A DNA stretch of 51,231 nt from Verrucomicrobiota bacterium (GCA_043742955.1 JAYTXL010000302.1:1-51231); one strand, 5' to 3'; counted from the stretch's first letter, positions 1 to 11,799 are shown. Notes: generated by a model from the sequence alone, not told the origin. Numbers and translations are program-made.

Positions 1-193
1 GCACTAGTATTAAGCATCCCGCTATAGAATACATAACATGTTGATGTACAAGTACAAAATAACTTTTAAACGTGAAAAAGATGTGCGTAATGGTAAGCCT
101 GGGGGAGAAGGTCAGGATGAGGGGGAACGGGCCGAGAGGTAGCCGGTCGGGTCGAGCTGGAAATCGATTCGGGCAATCAGTCGAATCCAGGAA

Positions 194-544
194 TTACTTC
201 TTCGGTCCCTTGCCGCCCTCGGCGGGCACGCCCAGTCGGATGCTGCTGGCGGTCAACTTGTCCGCCAGCAGGAGCGTGTTCACTTGAGCTTCACTACCAA
301 CGGTGATGTCCTTCATCGCCACGAGTCTTCCCGATTTGAAGATTTCGGTGGTGGAATCAATGAAGACGGTTTTGCCCGCGATCGTGATGGTTTTGGCCAC
401 TGCATCAATCGCGGTGATTTTACCTTTAACTCCCATGTCCTTTTCCACGCCCTTCCGCTTCTGGGCTTGGGCGGTGAAGGCTGGGCCGCACACGAGCGCG
501 GTGAAGATTATCATGGCGAACAGGTTGTGAATGGATTTACGCAT
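194..544 (-). CDS. Small secreted protein, DUF5666-like beta-rich domain
   Basis: Signal peptide ending AQA, then VKGKITAIDAVAKTITIAGKTVFIDSTTEI...DITVGSEAQV pattern. Confidence 0.6.
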   Translation of the reverse strand: MRKSIHNLFAMIIFTALVCGPAFTAQAQKRKGVEKDMGVKGKITAIDAVAKTITIAGKTVFIDSTTEIFKSGRLVAMKDITVGSEAQVNTLLLADKLTASSIRLGVPAEGGKGPKK

Positions 545-635
545 AATGTCGGAGAGTTGAATGGTTGGTTGAGAGGATGGTTATGACGTGGTCGGGACTT
601 GGAAAGAATTATTTTGCCACCGCGCTGCCCGCTCG

Positions 636-1985
636 TCACGGCGCCGGTTGGTTCACGAAGATGGGAGGCTGGGGATTGGCTGGCCGGGTGAAGTTTTCGC
701 CGTACTGGGTGAATCCTTTCATGAATCCGCCGTGGCTCAGGAAGAATTGACCCTGCTCCACGCCCATGAAACGATCCAGCCGATCGGCCCGGCCCGTGGC
801 ATCGTGGCTGAAACTTGCGGTGGTGATTTCCCGCCAATCGCCCTTATCCGTGCGCAGCCATTGATTACCATATCGAGCTTTGCGCGGGAGATGTCCGGTG
901 TCGCCGCCAAAGTTTTCGCTAAAGGAATACAGCCCACGCAGCCAGCCGCCGTCGTGCGGCGCGCGCCACGAGGAGATGAGCATCCAGCGTTTTATTTCGG
1001 GGTGAAGCCAATAGCCGGAGAAAATCGTGAACGTGCTGTTGGTCGGCTGCGCCGTGACGAGAAAGCGCTGCGGTTCGCCGGTCTTCCAGGGATAAACGAG
1101 GTGGCTGTGGCCGCCTGTCCCTTCGTTGCCGAAGTCGCCAGAATCCACACCCACGCCTTTGGCCACCAGCGTCACCCGGTTGTTGTCGCCCACTTTACTG
1201 CGGTTCACGGCTTCATTGCCGCTGTCCCAGACGCTGAAGATGATCCGTCGCTCGGTGGCACTGTTGACCTGCATGCCCAGATAGCCGCGGTGCCAGCCGC
1301 AGGCCATATAGTAGGTGGCGACCGGATCCTCGAGGCCGGTCAGTTCGCAATAAAACGCGGCGACGTTCGCGCCTTTGGGGACGGGATAGCTGAGGTGCAC
1401 CGAGGCGGCGTTGCGGCGCGGGTCGCAGTTGAAGTGCGCTGTGTTGGTGCTGATGCCCCCGAGCACGAGCACCTGGAGATCGCCAAATGGTTGGCCGGCC
1501 TCATTCAACGATTCGAGCGCGAACCGTTGGTAGCCCGGCGCCTTGATTTCGAATGTCCCAAAGCGCGCCGTGACGACTTCGGCGCCGGCACCCTTCACCT
1601 CCGTTTCATGCGACCGTCCGGCGACCGTGAGCCGCAGTTTGGACGTCGCATTGGCCGGCAGGCGCAACTCCACCGACGCCTCCAGGGAGGCCGGTGCCTG
1701 GATGTTGCCGAACCAGAGCACCTTCAATTTCGGATCCCTCCAGCCGGTGAGGCCAGCGGGAGTGGAAAGGCGCGCGCCGTTGGCATCCGGCTCCGTGTAG
1801 GCGGTAAAGGCAGGTACACGAAGTTCCGCGGCGTCCGTCAGGAAAATGGCATCCAGGCAGCAGAACAGCGCCCAGCACGCGGCGAGAAATGTAGTGGTGA
1901 CAGGCCACGCGGAAACAGAGAACTGTTTGGGCTGCAGATTCAAGGTAATTAATTTTAGGTCGGCCGCAGCGGAAGGAAAACACAT
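636..1985 (-). CDS. DUF3472/DUF5077-type secreted protein
   Basis: Motifs RRNAASVHL, TYYMACGW..GYLGMQVNS, IIFSVWD, FGNEGTGGHS, YSFSENF; true start uncertain and probably downstream of the ORF start. Confidence 0.7.
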   Translation of the reverse strand: MCFPSAAADLKLITLNLQPKQFSVSAWPVTTTFLAACWALFCCLDAIFLTDAAELRVPAFTAYTEPDANGARLSTPAGLTGWRDPKLKVLWFGNIQAPASLEASVELRLPANATSKLRLTVAGRSHETEVKGAGAEVVTARFGTFEIKAPGYQRFALESLNEAGQPFGDLQVLVLGGISTNTAHFNCDPRRNAASVHLSYPVPKGANVAAFYCELTGLEDPVATYYMACGWHRGYLGMQVNSATERRIIFSVWDSGNEAVNRSKVGDNNRVTLVAKGVGVDSGDFGNEGTGGHSHLVYPWKTGEPQRFLVTAQPTNSTFTIFSGYWLHPEIKRWMLISSWRAPHDGGWLRGLYSFSENFGGDTGHLPRKARYGNQWLRTDKGDWREITTASFSHDATGRADRLDRFMGVEQGQFFLSHGGFMKGFTQYGENFTRPANPQPPIFVNQPAP

Positions 1986-2255
1986 TTTTAAGAATCTTAT
2001 ACGGCGACGGGTGCTGCCAGCCGGTGTGAAAGTGAATGGCGGCGGTGATCCGCTGGTATGCGGCCGAGTAAGGAATGTGCTTCACGTGCGCTGGACAAGG
2101 ACTTTCAGGCGCAGCAATCCAAGGCCAACGTTCGCCAAGTTTCGGCAAGACTGAACCGTCAGCCGTGCCTAGGTTTCAAGGCGCAGGGCAGCGAATAGAA
2201 AAAACCGAGCTGGTTGAAGCGATGCGCTCCGAGTGGTCGGAATGAGAGGTTTGAA

Positions 2256-4766
2256 ATGAAAACGAAAAACGCCACGAAAAAGCAGTTGGCTGGCCGCGCA
2301 GAAAACCCGGCCGCCAACGCAGGGACCTTGAAAGCCTCGACCCAAGCCGCGACGCGCGCTCCGTTCGTCAAATGGTTTTCGGAAATTGGGATCGGAGACA
2401 TCCCGCTCGTGGGTGGAAAGAATGCTTCACTGGGCGAAATGTTTCGCGAGCTGCGGCCGTATGGAGTGAAGGTGCCGGACGGATTCGCAGTCACGGCTGA
2501 AGCGTACCGCTACTTTCTGCGCGAAGCCGGTCTGGAAGGCGAAATCCGTGACCTGCTGGGGGATTTGGACACGCGGAACATGGAGAACCTCCGGCAACGC
2601 GGCAGCCAGGTGCGGCATGCTATTCTGGCGGCTCCCTTGCCGCCGGATCTGGAGCAATCGATCATCCAGGCCTACGACACCTTCCGGGGGAATCAGCTCC
2701 ACCCGGTGGACGTGGCGGTGCGCAGCAGTGCCACGGCGGAGGATTTGCCGGATGCCTCCTTTGCCGGGCAGCAGGAAACGTATCTCAACGTCCAGGGTCA
2801 GCTCGCTTTGCTCGATGCGTGCCAGCGCTGCTTTGCTTCGCTGTTCACCGACCGGGCGATCTCGTATCGGGTTGATAAAGGCTTCGATCACTTTAAAACT
2901 GTCCTGTCTATTGGGGTGCAGCGCATGATCCGGGCTGACCTGGCGGCGTCCGGCGTGATGTTCACCATCGACACCGAGACGGGCTTTCGCGATGCGGTGC
3001 TCATCAATGCCGCCTATGGCCTGGGCGAGAACATTGTGCAAGGTTCGGTCAATCCGGACGAATACTATGTCTTCAAGCCGACTCTGAAAACGGGTTTCAA
3101 ACCCATTCTCCAAAAAATTGTCGGCACGAAGGAATTTAGACTCATCTATGACGTCGGTGGTGGAAAGATGGTGAAAAATGTTCCGGTGTCGCCCGATGAC
3201 CGGGTCCGGTTTGCCATTTCCGACGCTGAAATTCTGCAACTGGCCCGCTGGGCCTGCATTATCGAGGATCATTATTCTGGGAAGAAGGGGCAGGTGACTC
3301 CGATGGACGTTGAATGGGCGAAAGACGGTCGCACCGGTGAACTATTCATTGTCCAGGCCCGGCCGGAGACGGTCCAGTCACGCAAGGACGTGGAGGTGAT
3401 CGAAAGCTTCAAGCTGAAAAATCGGGGACCGGTACTCGTTACCGGGCGCAGTGTGGGTGAGAAGATCGCGACGGGGCCGGTACGGGTCATCCGGAGCGCG
3501 GAGTTCATCGGGCAGTTCAATGCGGGTGAGATTTTGGTTACTGACAAGACTGATCCCGACTGGGAACCCATCATGAAGAAGGCGGCGGCCATCGTGACCA
3601 ATCGTGGTGGACGCACGTGTCACGCCGCGATTGTCAGTCGGGAGTTGGGTGTGCCCGCCATCGTGGGCACCGAGCACGGCACGGAAATTCTTCAGGATGG
3701 CCAGGTGGTGACCGTGAGTTGCGCCGAGGGCGACACCGGGTTTGTGTATGAGGGGCGGTTGCCGTTCGAGGTGCAGCGGACCAATCTGAAAGCCCTTGCC
3801 CGTCCACGGACCAAGGTGATGCTGAATGTGGGCAACCCGGAGGAAGCATTTTCGCTTTCGTTCATTCCCAATGATGGCGTGGGCCTGGCGCGCGAGGAGT
3901 TCATCATCACGACCTACATCAAGGTGCATCCGATGGCGCTTTTGGATTACGACCGCCTCACCGATGCGGGAGTGAAGGCGCAAATTGAGCAGCTCACGGC
4001 GGGCTACCGCGACAAGCCACAGTTTTTCGTGGACAAACTCGCCCAGGGCGTGGCGATGATTGCGGCGGCATTTTATCCCAAGGACGTCATCCTCCGTTTG
4101 AGCGACTTCAAGTCCAACGAATATGCGAATCTCATCGGCGGCAAAGGCTACGAGCCGGCGGAGGAGAATCCGATGATCGGGTTTCGGGGTGCCAGCCGCT
4201 ACTACCACCCGCGTTACCAGGCCGGCTTCGCGCTGGAATGCCGCGCCGTCAGGAAAGTGCGGGAGGAAATGGGGCTGACCAACTTGAAGCTCATGATTCC
4301 GTTCTGCCGCACGGTGGCGGAGGGGCGTCGGGTTCAGGGCGAGATGGAAAAGCACGGCCGGCGGCGCGGCCAGAATGGCTTGGAGATTTACGTGATGTGC
4401 GAAATCCCCAGCAACGTAATCCTGGCGGAGGAGTTCGCGGAAATCTTCGATGGCTTTAGCATCGGCTCAAATGATCTCACGCAACTCACCTTGGGCGTGG
4501 ATCGCGATTCCGAGATCGTCGCGCCCATCTTTGACGAGCGGAACGCCGCGGTGAAGAAGCTGATCGCGCAGGTCATTCAAGTCTGTCGCGCGAAGCAGCG
4601 CAAGATTGGCATCTGCGGCCAGGCGCCCAGTGATTATCCTGAGTTCGCGCAATTCCTCGTGGAGCAGGGCATCGACAGCATCTCCCTGAACCCGGACACG
4701 GTGATGAAGACCACCGTTGCCATTGAGGAAAAAGAGCAGGCCTTGAAGCAGGCGAATCGCCGATGA
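2256..4766 (+). CDS. ppsA: Phosphoenolpyruvate synthase (pyruvate, water dikinase)
   Basis: [47 protein letters not shown] (phospho-His), [10 protein letters not shown]; GAGAGGT RBS before ATG 2256. Confidence 0.97.
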   Translation: MKTKNATKKQLAGRAENPAANAGTLKASTQAATRAPFVKWFSEIGIGDIPLVGGKNASLGEMFRELRPYGVKVPDGFAVTAEAYRYFLREAGLEGEIRDLLGDLDTRNMENLRQRGSQVRHAILAAPLPPDLEQSIIQAYDTFRGNQLHPVDVAVRSSATAEDLPDASFAGQQETYLNVQGQLALLDACQRCFASLFTDRAISYRVDKGFDHFKTVLSIGVQRMIRADLAASGVMFTIDTETGFRDAVLINAAYGLGENIVQGSVNPDEYYVFKPTLKTGFKPILQKIVGTKEFRLIYDVGGGKMVKNVPVSPDDRVRFAISDAEILQLARWACIIEDHYSGKKGQVTPMDVEWAKDGRTGELFIVQARPETVQSRKDVEVIESFKLKNRGPVLVTGRSVGEKIATGPVRVIRSAEFIGQFNAGEILVTDKTDPDWEPIMKKAAAIVTNRGGRTCHAAIVSRELGVPAIVGTEHGTEILQDGQVVTVSCAEGDTGFVYEGRLPFEVQRTNLKALARPRTKVMLNVGNPEEAFSLSFIPNDGVGLAREEFIITTYIKVHPMALLDYDRLTDAGVKAQIEQLTAGYRDKPQFFVDKLAQGVAMIAAAFYPKDVILRLSDFKSNEYANLIGGKGYEPAEENPMIGFRGASRYYHPRYQAGFALECRAVRKVREEMGLTNLKLMIPFCRTVAEGRRVQGEMEKHGRRRGQNGLEIYVMCEIPSNVILAEEFAEIFDGFSIGSNDLTQLTLGVDRDSEIVAPIFDERNAAVKKLIAQVIQVCRAKQRKIGICGQAPSDYPEFAQFLVEQGIDSISLNPDTVMKTTVAIEEKEQALKQANRR

Positions 4767-7507
4767 GCACGAACCTTCACGTTCGACCCGAGCGCGCGCA
4801 CGACATTCTCCGGCACGCACGCGGCAATCCGTTGGCCGCGCTGTTCGCGCCAAAGACCATTGCTGTCATCGGGGCTTCGCAGACGCCGGACAGTGTCGGT
4901 CGGGCGCTGGTGGAGAACCTCCAACTCTTCGAGGGGCAGACTTTCCTGATCAATCCAAAGCACCGGGAGATTCTCCAAGTGAAAACTTTTCCCGACATCG
5001 CGTCCGTGCCGGAGAAAGTGGATCTGGCCGTCATTGCGACCCCGGCTCCCGGGGTGCCGGCGATTGTTCGTGAATGCGCGCGGGCAGGGGTGCGTGCGGC
5101 GGTCATCATCTCGGCCGGATTCAAGGAGTGTGGCGGTGCGGGCGCCACCTTGGAGCAGCAGGTTCTCGCCGAAGCCCGCAGTGGCGGCATCCGGATCGTG
5201 GGACCGAATTGCCTCGGGATCATGATGCCCCATGCGCGGCTGAACGCCACGTTTGCCGAAGGCATGGCGGAGCCCGGCCGGGTTGCCTTTCTTAGCCAAA
5301 GTGGCGCGTTGTGTACCGCGGTATTGGATTGGAGTTATCAGGAAAACGTGGGTTTTAGCGCATTCGTTTCGGTGGGCTCGATGCTCGATGTCGGCTGGGG
5401 CGATCTGATTACCTACTTCGGTGATGACCCTCACACCAAGAGCATCGTCTGTTACATGGAGTCCATCGGCAACGCGCGCAGCTTCCTATCCGCCGCCAGC
5501 GAGGTTGCGCTGACGAAACCCATCATCGTCCTCAAGGTGGGGCACACCGCAGCCGCCGCGAAAGCCGCCGCCTCCCACACCGGGTCACTTACGGGGAGCG
5601 ATGCGGTGCTCGATGCGGCCTTTCGCCGGGTGGGAGTGTTGCGAGTGAACGCCATCGAAGAACTATTCGACATGGCCGAGGTGCTGGCCAAACAGCCACG
5701 TCCACGTGGTTCACGTCTCACCATCGTGACCAACGCCGGCGGGCCGGGCGCGCTGGCCACGGACATGCTGGTTGGTTGCGGTGGCGAACTGGCCCCGCTC
5801 TCGGAAAACACCCTGACCGCCCTCGACGCGTTGTTGCCGCCGCACTGGAGCCATGGCAATCCCATCGACATTCTGGGCGACGCGAGCCCTGCGCGTTATA
5901 CGGAGGCGGTTCGGCTGGCCGCGGCGGATCCGAACAGCGACGGCGTGCTGGTCATCCTCACGCCCCAGGCGATGACGGACGCGACGGCCACGGCCGAGCA
6001 GTTGAAGCCGTTTGCCAAACTGGAAGGAAAGCCCCTGCTCGCGAGTTGGATGGGCGGTCCGGGCGTGGCTGCCGGCGAAGCGGTTCTAAACCACGCGAAC
6101 ATTCCCACTTTCAAATATCCGGACCGCGCGGCGACAGCTTTCGACTACATGTGGCGCTACAACTCCAACCTGCGTGCGCTCTACGAAACCCCGGCCTTCG
6201 TCATGGACGCGGGCGATACGGAGTCCTGTTGCGCGCAGGTGGACCAGATCATTCGGACCGCACGGAGTGGGAATCGCACACTGCTCACCGAAGCCGAGTC
6301 CAAGCAAATTCTGGCGGCTTATGGCATTCCGACCGTCGAGACGAAGATCGCCCGCACCCTGGAGGAGGCGGTGGCTCAGGCGGGCAAACTCGGCTATCCG
6401 GTCGTGGTAAAACTCTTTTCTGAAACGCTCACGCATAAGAGTGACGTGGGAGGGGTGCGCCTAGATCTCTGGAACGCCAACTCTGTGCGCCAGGCCTGGC
6501 ATGCCATTGAGGCAGCGGTGTGGGCACAGGCGGGGCGCCAACATTTTTTGGGCGTGACAGTACAGCCGATGATTCAGCGTGAAGGCTACGAACTCATTCT
6601 AGGCAGCAGTGTGGATCCGCAGTTTGGCCCCGTGCTGTTGTTCGGCGCGGGCGGGCAACTCGTTGAAGTGTTTAAGGACCGCGCCCTCGGTCTGCCGCCG
6701 CTCAACGCGACTCTGGCCCGTCATCTGATGGAAGAAACGCGCATTTACACGGCGCTAAAGGGGGTGCGCGGCCGCCCGGCGGTGGATCTTGCTGCCCTCG
6801 AACAACTCCTGGTTCGCTTTAGCCAACTCGTCGCCGAGCAACCCTGGATTGCGGAGATCGATATCAATCCCTTGCTCGTCTCCTCCGCCGGGATGCTCGC
6901 CCTGGACGCCCGGGTGGTGTTGCATCCATCCTCGTGCGGGGAGGAACCTCTGCCGCGCCTCGCCATCCGTCCGTACCCGACGCGCTATGTGGTGCCCTGG
7001 CGTCTTCGCGACGGCACGCCGGTGATCATTCGACCGATTCGGCCTGAGGATGAATCGCTGATGGTGAAGTTCCACGAAACGCTTTCGGAGCGCAGCGTTT
7101 ATTATCGTTACTTCATTCCCTTGCGAATTGAACAGCGGATTGCCCACGAGCGGTTGTCGCGGCTTTGTTTCATCGACTACGACCGTGAGATGGCCTTGGT
7201 GGTGGAGGGCCAAGATTCGAACAGTGGGGGCCGCCAGTTGCTCGGTGTGGGCCGTTTAAGCAAACTCCACGGCGCGAACGAGGCTGAGTTTGCCCTCGTC
7301 ATCAGTGATCTTTGGCAAGGCCACGGTCTCGGCACGCAACTCCTGAAAATGCTCGTCCAGATCGGCCGCGACGAACACCTCGCCCGCATCACCGCGACAA
7401 TTCTCGGCGACAACCACGAAATGCAAAAGGTCGCGCAAAGGGCCGGTTTTACGGTGCATCACTTGACCGGCGAAACCGAGTGCCTGGCCGAGATAGTGTT
7501 GAGTTGA
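4763..7507 (+). CDS. NDP-forming acyl-CoA synthetase-like/GNAT acetyltransferase fusion (Pat/YfiQ family)
   Basis: CoA-binding domain (IAVIGAS, GPNCLG, SQSGA), ATP-grasp ([15 protein letters not shown]), C-terminal GNAT ([18 protein letters not shown]); ATGA overlap with ppsA stop. Confidence 0.92.
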   Translation: MSTNLHVRPERAHDILRHARGNPLAALFAPKTIAVIGASQTPDSVGRALVENLQLFEGQTFLINPKHREILQVKTFPDIASVPEKVDLAVIATPAPGVPAIVRECARAGVRAAVIISAGFKECGGAGATLEQQVLAEARSGGIRIVGPNCLGIMMPHARLNATFAEGMAEPGRVAFLSQSGALCTAVLDWSYQENVGFSAFVSVGSMLDVGWGDLITYFGDDPHTKSIVCYMESIGNARSFLSAASEVALTKPIIVLKVGHTAAAAKAAASHTGSLTGSDAVLDAAFRRVGVLRVNAIEELFDMAEVLAKQPRPRGSRLTIVTNAGGPGALATDMLVGCGGELAPLSENTLTALDALLPPHWSHGNPIDILGDASPARYTEAVRLAAADPNSDGVLVILTPQAMTDATATAEQLKPFAKLEGKPLLASWMGGPGVAAGEAVLNHANIPTFKYPDRAATAFDYMWRYNSNLRALYETPAFVMDAGDTESCCAQVDQIIRTARSGNRTLLTEAESKQILAAYGIPTVETKIARTLEEAVAQAGKLGYPVVVKLFSETLTHKSDVGGVRLDLWNANSVRQAWHAIEAAVWAQAGRQHFLGVTVQPMIQREGYELILGSSVDPQFGPVLLFGAGGQLVEVFKDRALGLPPLNATLARHLMEETRIYTALKGVRGRPAVDLAALEQLLVRFSQLVAEQPWIAEIDINPLLVSSAGMLALDARVVLHPSSCGEEPLPRLAIRPYPTRYVVPWRLRDGTPVIIRPIRPEDESLMVKFHETLSERSVYYRYFIPLRIEQRIAHERLSRLCFIDYDREMALVVEGQDSNSGGRQLLGVGRLSKLHGANEAEFALVISDLWQGHGLGTQLLKMLVQIGRDEHLARITATILGDNHEMQKVAQRAGFTVHHLTGETECLAEIVLS

Positions 7508-7528
7508 ACAACCCGCTGGCCTCCCTTC

Positions 7529-7634
7529 ATGAAAATCGGCGTGCCCGCCCCGGTCGTTCCCCATGATGATGACCACCGAGATGCTCGCCGCCATGAAGCC
7601 TGGTAGTGTCGTGGTGGAGCTGGCGGTGGAATCG
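7529..7634 (+). pseudogene. pntA: Collapsed remnant of NAD(P) transhydrogenase alpha subunit (PntA/AlaDH family)
   Basis: MKIGVP (family N-terminus) at 7529, followed in another frame by MMTTEMLAAMKPGSVVVELAVES, resembling the PntA segment (L)ITxEMVxxMKPGSVIVDLAxE; the intervening sequence is missing. Confidence 0.6.
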
Positions 7635-7751
7635 TGTATTTCGTGTATTTCGCGGTTTCAACTGGGGGATTTTGGATCATCCCCGGCCAGGTCCTCCGTG
7701 GGCGGGCGATTCGGAGCGGAGCCACCTTGGTGCCCATCCGGCGTTGGCTGA

Positions 7752-9875
7752 TCACACAAAGACGATCTCCGTGGTGGCGGCCGTCTCATCCCAACCGCGG
7801 GTCGGTTCGGCCGTGACGGAGGAAATATCCTTGATGGAAATCTGGCGCCCGCGGGTCTTGGGACTTTTCACCTCGATCTTGTTTGGGTCGCAGGTCTGCT
7901 GGTTGATCTTCTGATGCGGCGCGGGTTTGTAACGGAGGTAAAGAATCTTTGGCGTCCCGAGCGCAAAAAACAGGATGCGTGATTTGTCCGGGATGCATAG
8001 ATAGGCCTTGTTCAGAATGGTGCCGCCGAAGTTGAAGCGCTTGAGATAGCTGGCGTGGCGGTCCGTGTAGGCGCAGGTGAATACCAGCTCGCGCTCCGGT
8101 AAACCGCAGTAAAACAACTCCGGCCCGACGAATAATTTCTCCGGCAGTTCCGTGACTTTGTAGGTGCCGTCCTTGAACACGAGCAGGATCTTGTCGAACT
8201 TGGTGCATTCCAGTTTGAATTCCTCACCGTTCACTTTGTAGCCCACGTAGCCGGTTTCGCGATCATACGCGACCTTGAAAGCTTTGAAAGCGGCGGCCTT
8301 GACATCGACCTCCTCATGCCGGGCGGACTTGGTGGTCAAGCGCGGATAGAGCGGGCCATACTTCTCCAACAATGCCTCCAGGTGACCGATCACATATTTC
8401 GTGAGCTGCTTGAGATGCTTGCGCGCCTCGGTCAAATCCGCCTTTACGCGTGTCATTTCCTCGCGATGCTTGCTGATGTCGAAGAGTGAAATCCGGCGGA
8501 TGCGAACCTGCAGCAGGCGCTCCACATCCACGTCCACGAGTTCGCGGACCAGCTCCTTGTGAAAAGGCTGGAAGCCCTCATACACGGCCGCGATCACCGC
8601 CTCGTTCGTTCTGCACTTTTCGATGAGCTTGTAAATGCGCTCCTCGATGAAAATGCGTTCCAGCGTGCGGTAATGCAGTTCGTCGAGCAGTTGTTGCTCG
8701 CGTAACTCGAGCTCGCGCTTGAGGAGGGAGATGAGTTGATCCGTGTTCGCGCGTAAAATCTCGCTGACGCTTAACTCCAGCGGCCGGTTGTCCTTGATGA
8801 CCACGATCCGGCTGGAGATCGACACTTCGCAATCGGTGAAGGCGTAGAGCGCATCAATCAGTTTCTCCGCGTCCACGCCCGGGGGGCATTTGAGCTCAAT
8901 TTCAACATCCTCGGACGTGAAATCGTTGATTGATTTAACCTTGAGCTTGCCCTTCTGCGTGGCGTCCTCGATCGAGGCGATGAGCGATTCGGTGGTGGTG
9001 GTGGGCGGGATTTCGGTGATGACCACGGTGGATTCATCGCATGTCTTGATGCGGGCCCGCACCTTCACGCTGCCCTTGCCGTCCTGATAATCCCGCGCAT
9101 CCATCAGGCCGCCCGTCAGAAAATCCGGCAGACACTTGAACGGCTGCTGTTTCAGGATGGCGATCTGGGCTTCGAGCAATTCGGGAAAATTGTGCGGCAA
9201 AATCCGCGCGCTCAAGCCGACCGCGATGCCTTCCGTGCCCAGCATGAGCGTCAGGGGCAGTTTGCTCGGCAGGGTGATGGGCTCGCGATTGCGCCCGTCG
9301 TAGCTGGGGATAAACGCGGTGAGCTCGTCGTTGAAGAGTTCCGTGCGGGCCAGATCCGTGAGCCGGCATTCGATGTACCGCGCCGCCGCCGCCGGATCGC
9401 CAGTATGAATGTTTCCGAAATTGCCCTGGCCCTCGATCAGGTAGCGTTTGTTCGTCAGCACCACGAGCGCGTCGCCGATGGAGGCGTCGCCGTGGGGGTG
9501 GAATTTCATCGTGTCGCCCACCACGTTCGCGACCTTGGTAAAACGGCCGTCGTCCGTGCGATGCAGCGCCCAGAGGATGCGCCGTTGCACAGGTTTTAAG
9601 CCGTCCGCGAGGTTTGGAATAGCGCGATCCCGGATCACATAGCTGGCGTAATCCATGAAGCCGCGATCCACGCGCGTGTGCAATCCCTCAGCCCGTTGCT
9701 GGGGATCAAAGGGCCGGTGGGCAATGGCTTCCACGGTTTCGGCCACGATATGGTCGGAGCCGTTACCATCGCCGGCGGCTTGACCGGCGGGCGTGACCTC
9801 GGCGGGTAAAGCTGTCGGCCCGCCTTCGATGGGCAGTTCTGGCTGGCTGGTAGATTTTTTACGTTTCATCGACAT
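7752..9875 (-). CDS. parC: DNA topoisomerase IV subunit A (GyrA/ParC family, short CTD type)
   Basis: DRAIPNLADGLKPVQRRIL, FHPHGD, AAARYIE (catalytic Tyr); no GyrA-box seen. Confidence 0.88.
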   Translation of the reverse strand: MSMKRKKSTSQPELPIEGGPTALPAEVTPAGQAAGDGNGSDHIVAETVEAIAHRPFDPQQRAEGLHTRVDRGFMDYASYVIRDRAIPNLADGLKPVQRRILWALHRTDDGRFTKVANVVGDTMKFHPHGDASIGDALVVLTNKRYLIEGQGNFGNIHTGDPAAAARYIECRLTDLARTELFNDELTAFIPSYDGRNREPITLPSKLPLTLMLGTEGIAVGLSARILPHNFPELLEAQIAILKQQPFKCLPDFLTGGLMDARDYQDGKGSVKVRARIKTCDESTVVITEIPPTTTTESLIASIEDATQKGKLKVKSINDFTSEDVEIELKCPPGVDAEKLIDALYAFTDCEVSISSRIVVIKDNRPLELSVSEILRANTDQLISLLKRELELREQQLLDELHYRTLERIFIEERIYKLIEKCRTNEAVIAAVYEGFQPFHKELVRELVDVDVERLLQVRIRRISLFDISKHREEMTRVKADLTEARKHLKQLTKYVIGHLEALLEKYGPLYPRLTTKSARHEEVDVKAAAFKAFKVAYDRETGYVGYKVNGEEFKLECTKFDKILLVFKDGTYKVTELPEKLFVGPELFYCGLPERELVFTCAYTDRHASYLKRFNFGGTILNKAYLCIPDKSRILFFALGTPKILYLRYKPAPHQKINQQTCDPNKIEVKSPKTRGRQISIKDISSVTAEPTRGWDETAATTEIVFV

Positions 9876-9969
9876 GAGTTAAAGCGGAGGCATTAAGCCA
9901 GAGGTGATCGGCGGCGGCAAGAATCTCACTCGACAATGTTTAAGCCGGCCAACGCCAGTCCGGTTCACG

Positions 9970-11799
9970 TCACTCCTCCACCGGCACCACGAGCTGTGCC
10001 ATGATGTATTCCTTCCGTTCCGGGGTGTTCTTGCCCATGTAGAAATCAAAAATGGGTCCGGACTCGGACTTGGGCGCATATTCAATTTTGCTCAACCGCA
10101 TTTCTTTACCGATGAATTGCGCGAATTCTTTCGGGCTGATTTCGCCGAGCCCTTTGAACCTGGTAATCTCGGGTTTGCCGCCGAGCTCGATCACCGCCCG
10201 GTCGCGCTCCGCTTCGCTATAACAGTAAATCGTCGTCTCCTTGTTGCGCACCCGGAACAAGGGCGTTTCCAGCACATACACCTGTCCGTCGTGGATAAGC
10301 TGCTCAAAGAAACGAAAGAAATAGGTGATCATCAAATTGCGGATGTGCATGCCGTCCACGTCCGCGTCGGTGGCCAGAATCACCTTCTCGTAGCGCAGGC
10401 CCTCGGTGTTGTCCTCGACGTTGAGCGCCTGCATGAGGTTGTACATCTCGTCGTTCCGGTACATCACGTCGCGCTTGAGATCCCAGACGTTGAGGGGCTT
10501 GCCCTTGAGCACAAACACCGCCTGGTTGCTCACGTCGCGGCAGCTGGTGATCGAGCCGGCGGCGGACTGGCCTTCGCAGATGAAGACCATCGTGCCTTTG
10601 CCCTTGTCCCGCTTTTTGTCGAGGTGGTTCTTGCAGTCCTTCAATTGCGGAATGCGCAGCGTAATGGCCTTGGCCCGTTCGCGCGCCAGCTTCTTTACCG
10701 CCTGCAATTCCTTCCGCAACTGCTGCGTGTCCGCCACCTTTGCGATGATGGTGTCGGCAATTAGCTTGTTGCGCTGGAAGAAGTGGAGCAGCTCCAGCCG
10801 CACGTTGTTCACCAGCTCGGTGCGAATCTCGGTGTTGCCGAGCTTGTTCTTGGTCTGCGACTCGAACAGCGGATCTTTCAGCCGGATGGCCACTGCGCCG
10901 ATCATGCATTCGCGCACGTCGTCGCCTTCGTACTTGCCGTTGCAATGCTCGTTGACCGCCTTGAGTAAACCCTCGCGAAACGCGCTTAGATGCGTGCCAC
11001 CATCGCTCGTGTATTGGCCGTTGACGAAGGAATAAAAAGTTTCGCCATAGCGGCTGTTGCTGTGGGTGAAGCAGAACTCCAGGGTCTTGCCTGAGTAGTG
11101 GAGTGGCGCATAAATGGGCTCGCTGCCGTCGGTCGCCATGTCCTCCATCACCAGATCCATCAAACCGTGCCGTGACTGAAACGTCTTGCCATTGTAAATC
11201 AGCTTCAACCCCGTGTTCAGGTAGCTGTAATGGCGCAGCCGACGTTCGATATGCTCGTCGCGAAACTGGCTCTCCTTGAAAATCTCCGGATCCGGCTCGA
11301 ACTCGATCAGGGTTCCGTTCGGCTCCTTCGTCCTGCCGTGATCCTCTTTTTTCAGCTTCCCGGCCTTGAATGTCGCTTCGGCAAATTCACCCTCGCGATG
11401 GCTCCGCACTAGAAAGGTCTTCGACAAGGCGTTGACCGCCTTCGTGCCGACGCCGTTGAGGCCGACGCTGAATTGGAACACGTCATCGTTGTATTTTGCG
11501 CCCGTGTTGATCTTTGACACGCAATCCACAATTTTGCCCAGCGGGATGCCACGTCCAAAGTCCCGCACGCTGACGCGCCCGTCGGTGATCTTTATGTCCA
11601 CCTCCTTGCCGTGGCCCATGATGTACTCGTCAATGGCGTTGTCGACGGCCTCCTTCAGCAGGACGTAGCAGCCGTCATCCGGGTGGGCACCCGTCCCGAT
11701 CCGTCCGATGTACATACCCGTTCGGAGCCGGATATGCTCCAGGGAGGACAGGGTCTTGATCTTGCTCTCGTCGTAGTTGTGTTTGTTTTTGTCGGCCAT
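9970..11799 (-). CDS. parE: DNA topoisomerase IV subunit B
   Basis: EHIRLRTGMYIG, EAVDNAIDE, DFGRGIP, GLNGVG, CEGQSA, ATDADVDG, RFKGLGE; start set at MADKNKH. Confidence 0.9.
   Translation of the reverse strand: MADKNKHNYDESKIKTLSSLEHIRLRTGMYIGRIGTGAHPDDGCYVLLKEAVDNAIDEYIMGHGKEVDIKITDGRVSVRDFGRGIPLGKIVDCVSKINTGAKYNDDVFQFSVGLNGVGTKAVNALSKTFLVRSHREGEFAEATFKAGKLKKEDHGRTKEPNGTLIEFEPDPEIFKESQFRDEHIERRLRHYSYLNTGLKLIYNGKTFQSRHGLMDLVMEDMATDGSEPIYAPLHYSGKTLEFCFTHSNSRYGETFYSFVNGQYTSDGGTHLSAFREGLLKAVNEHCNGKYEGDDVRECMIGAVAIRLKDPLFESQTKNKLGNTEIRTELVNNVRLELLHFFQRNKLIADTIIAKVADTQQLRKELQAVKKLARERAKAITLRIPQLKDCKNHLDKKRDKGKGTMVFICEGQSAAGSITSCRDVSNQAVFVLKGKPLNVWDLKRDVMYRNDEMYNLMQALNVEDNTEGLRYEKVILATDADVDGMHIRNLMITYFFRFFEQLIHDGQVYVLETPLFRVRNKETTIYCYSEAERDRAVIELGGKPEITRFKGLGEISPKEFAQFIGKEMRLSKIEYAPKSESGPIFDFYMGKNTPERKEYIMAQLVVPVEE

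Noticed and set aside
1-80. AT-rich start of the window as a dif site or origin
   Set aside because: No convincing XerC/XerD arms or DnaA-box cluster; truncated by the window edge
588-1952. Long antisense ORFs (also 29529-31445, 16276-17559, 26475-27713 and others)
   Set aside because: They shadow well-supported genes on the opposite strand, as expected in GC-rich DNA, and have no motifs
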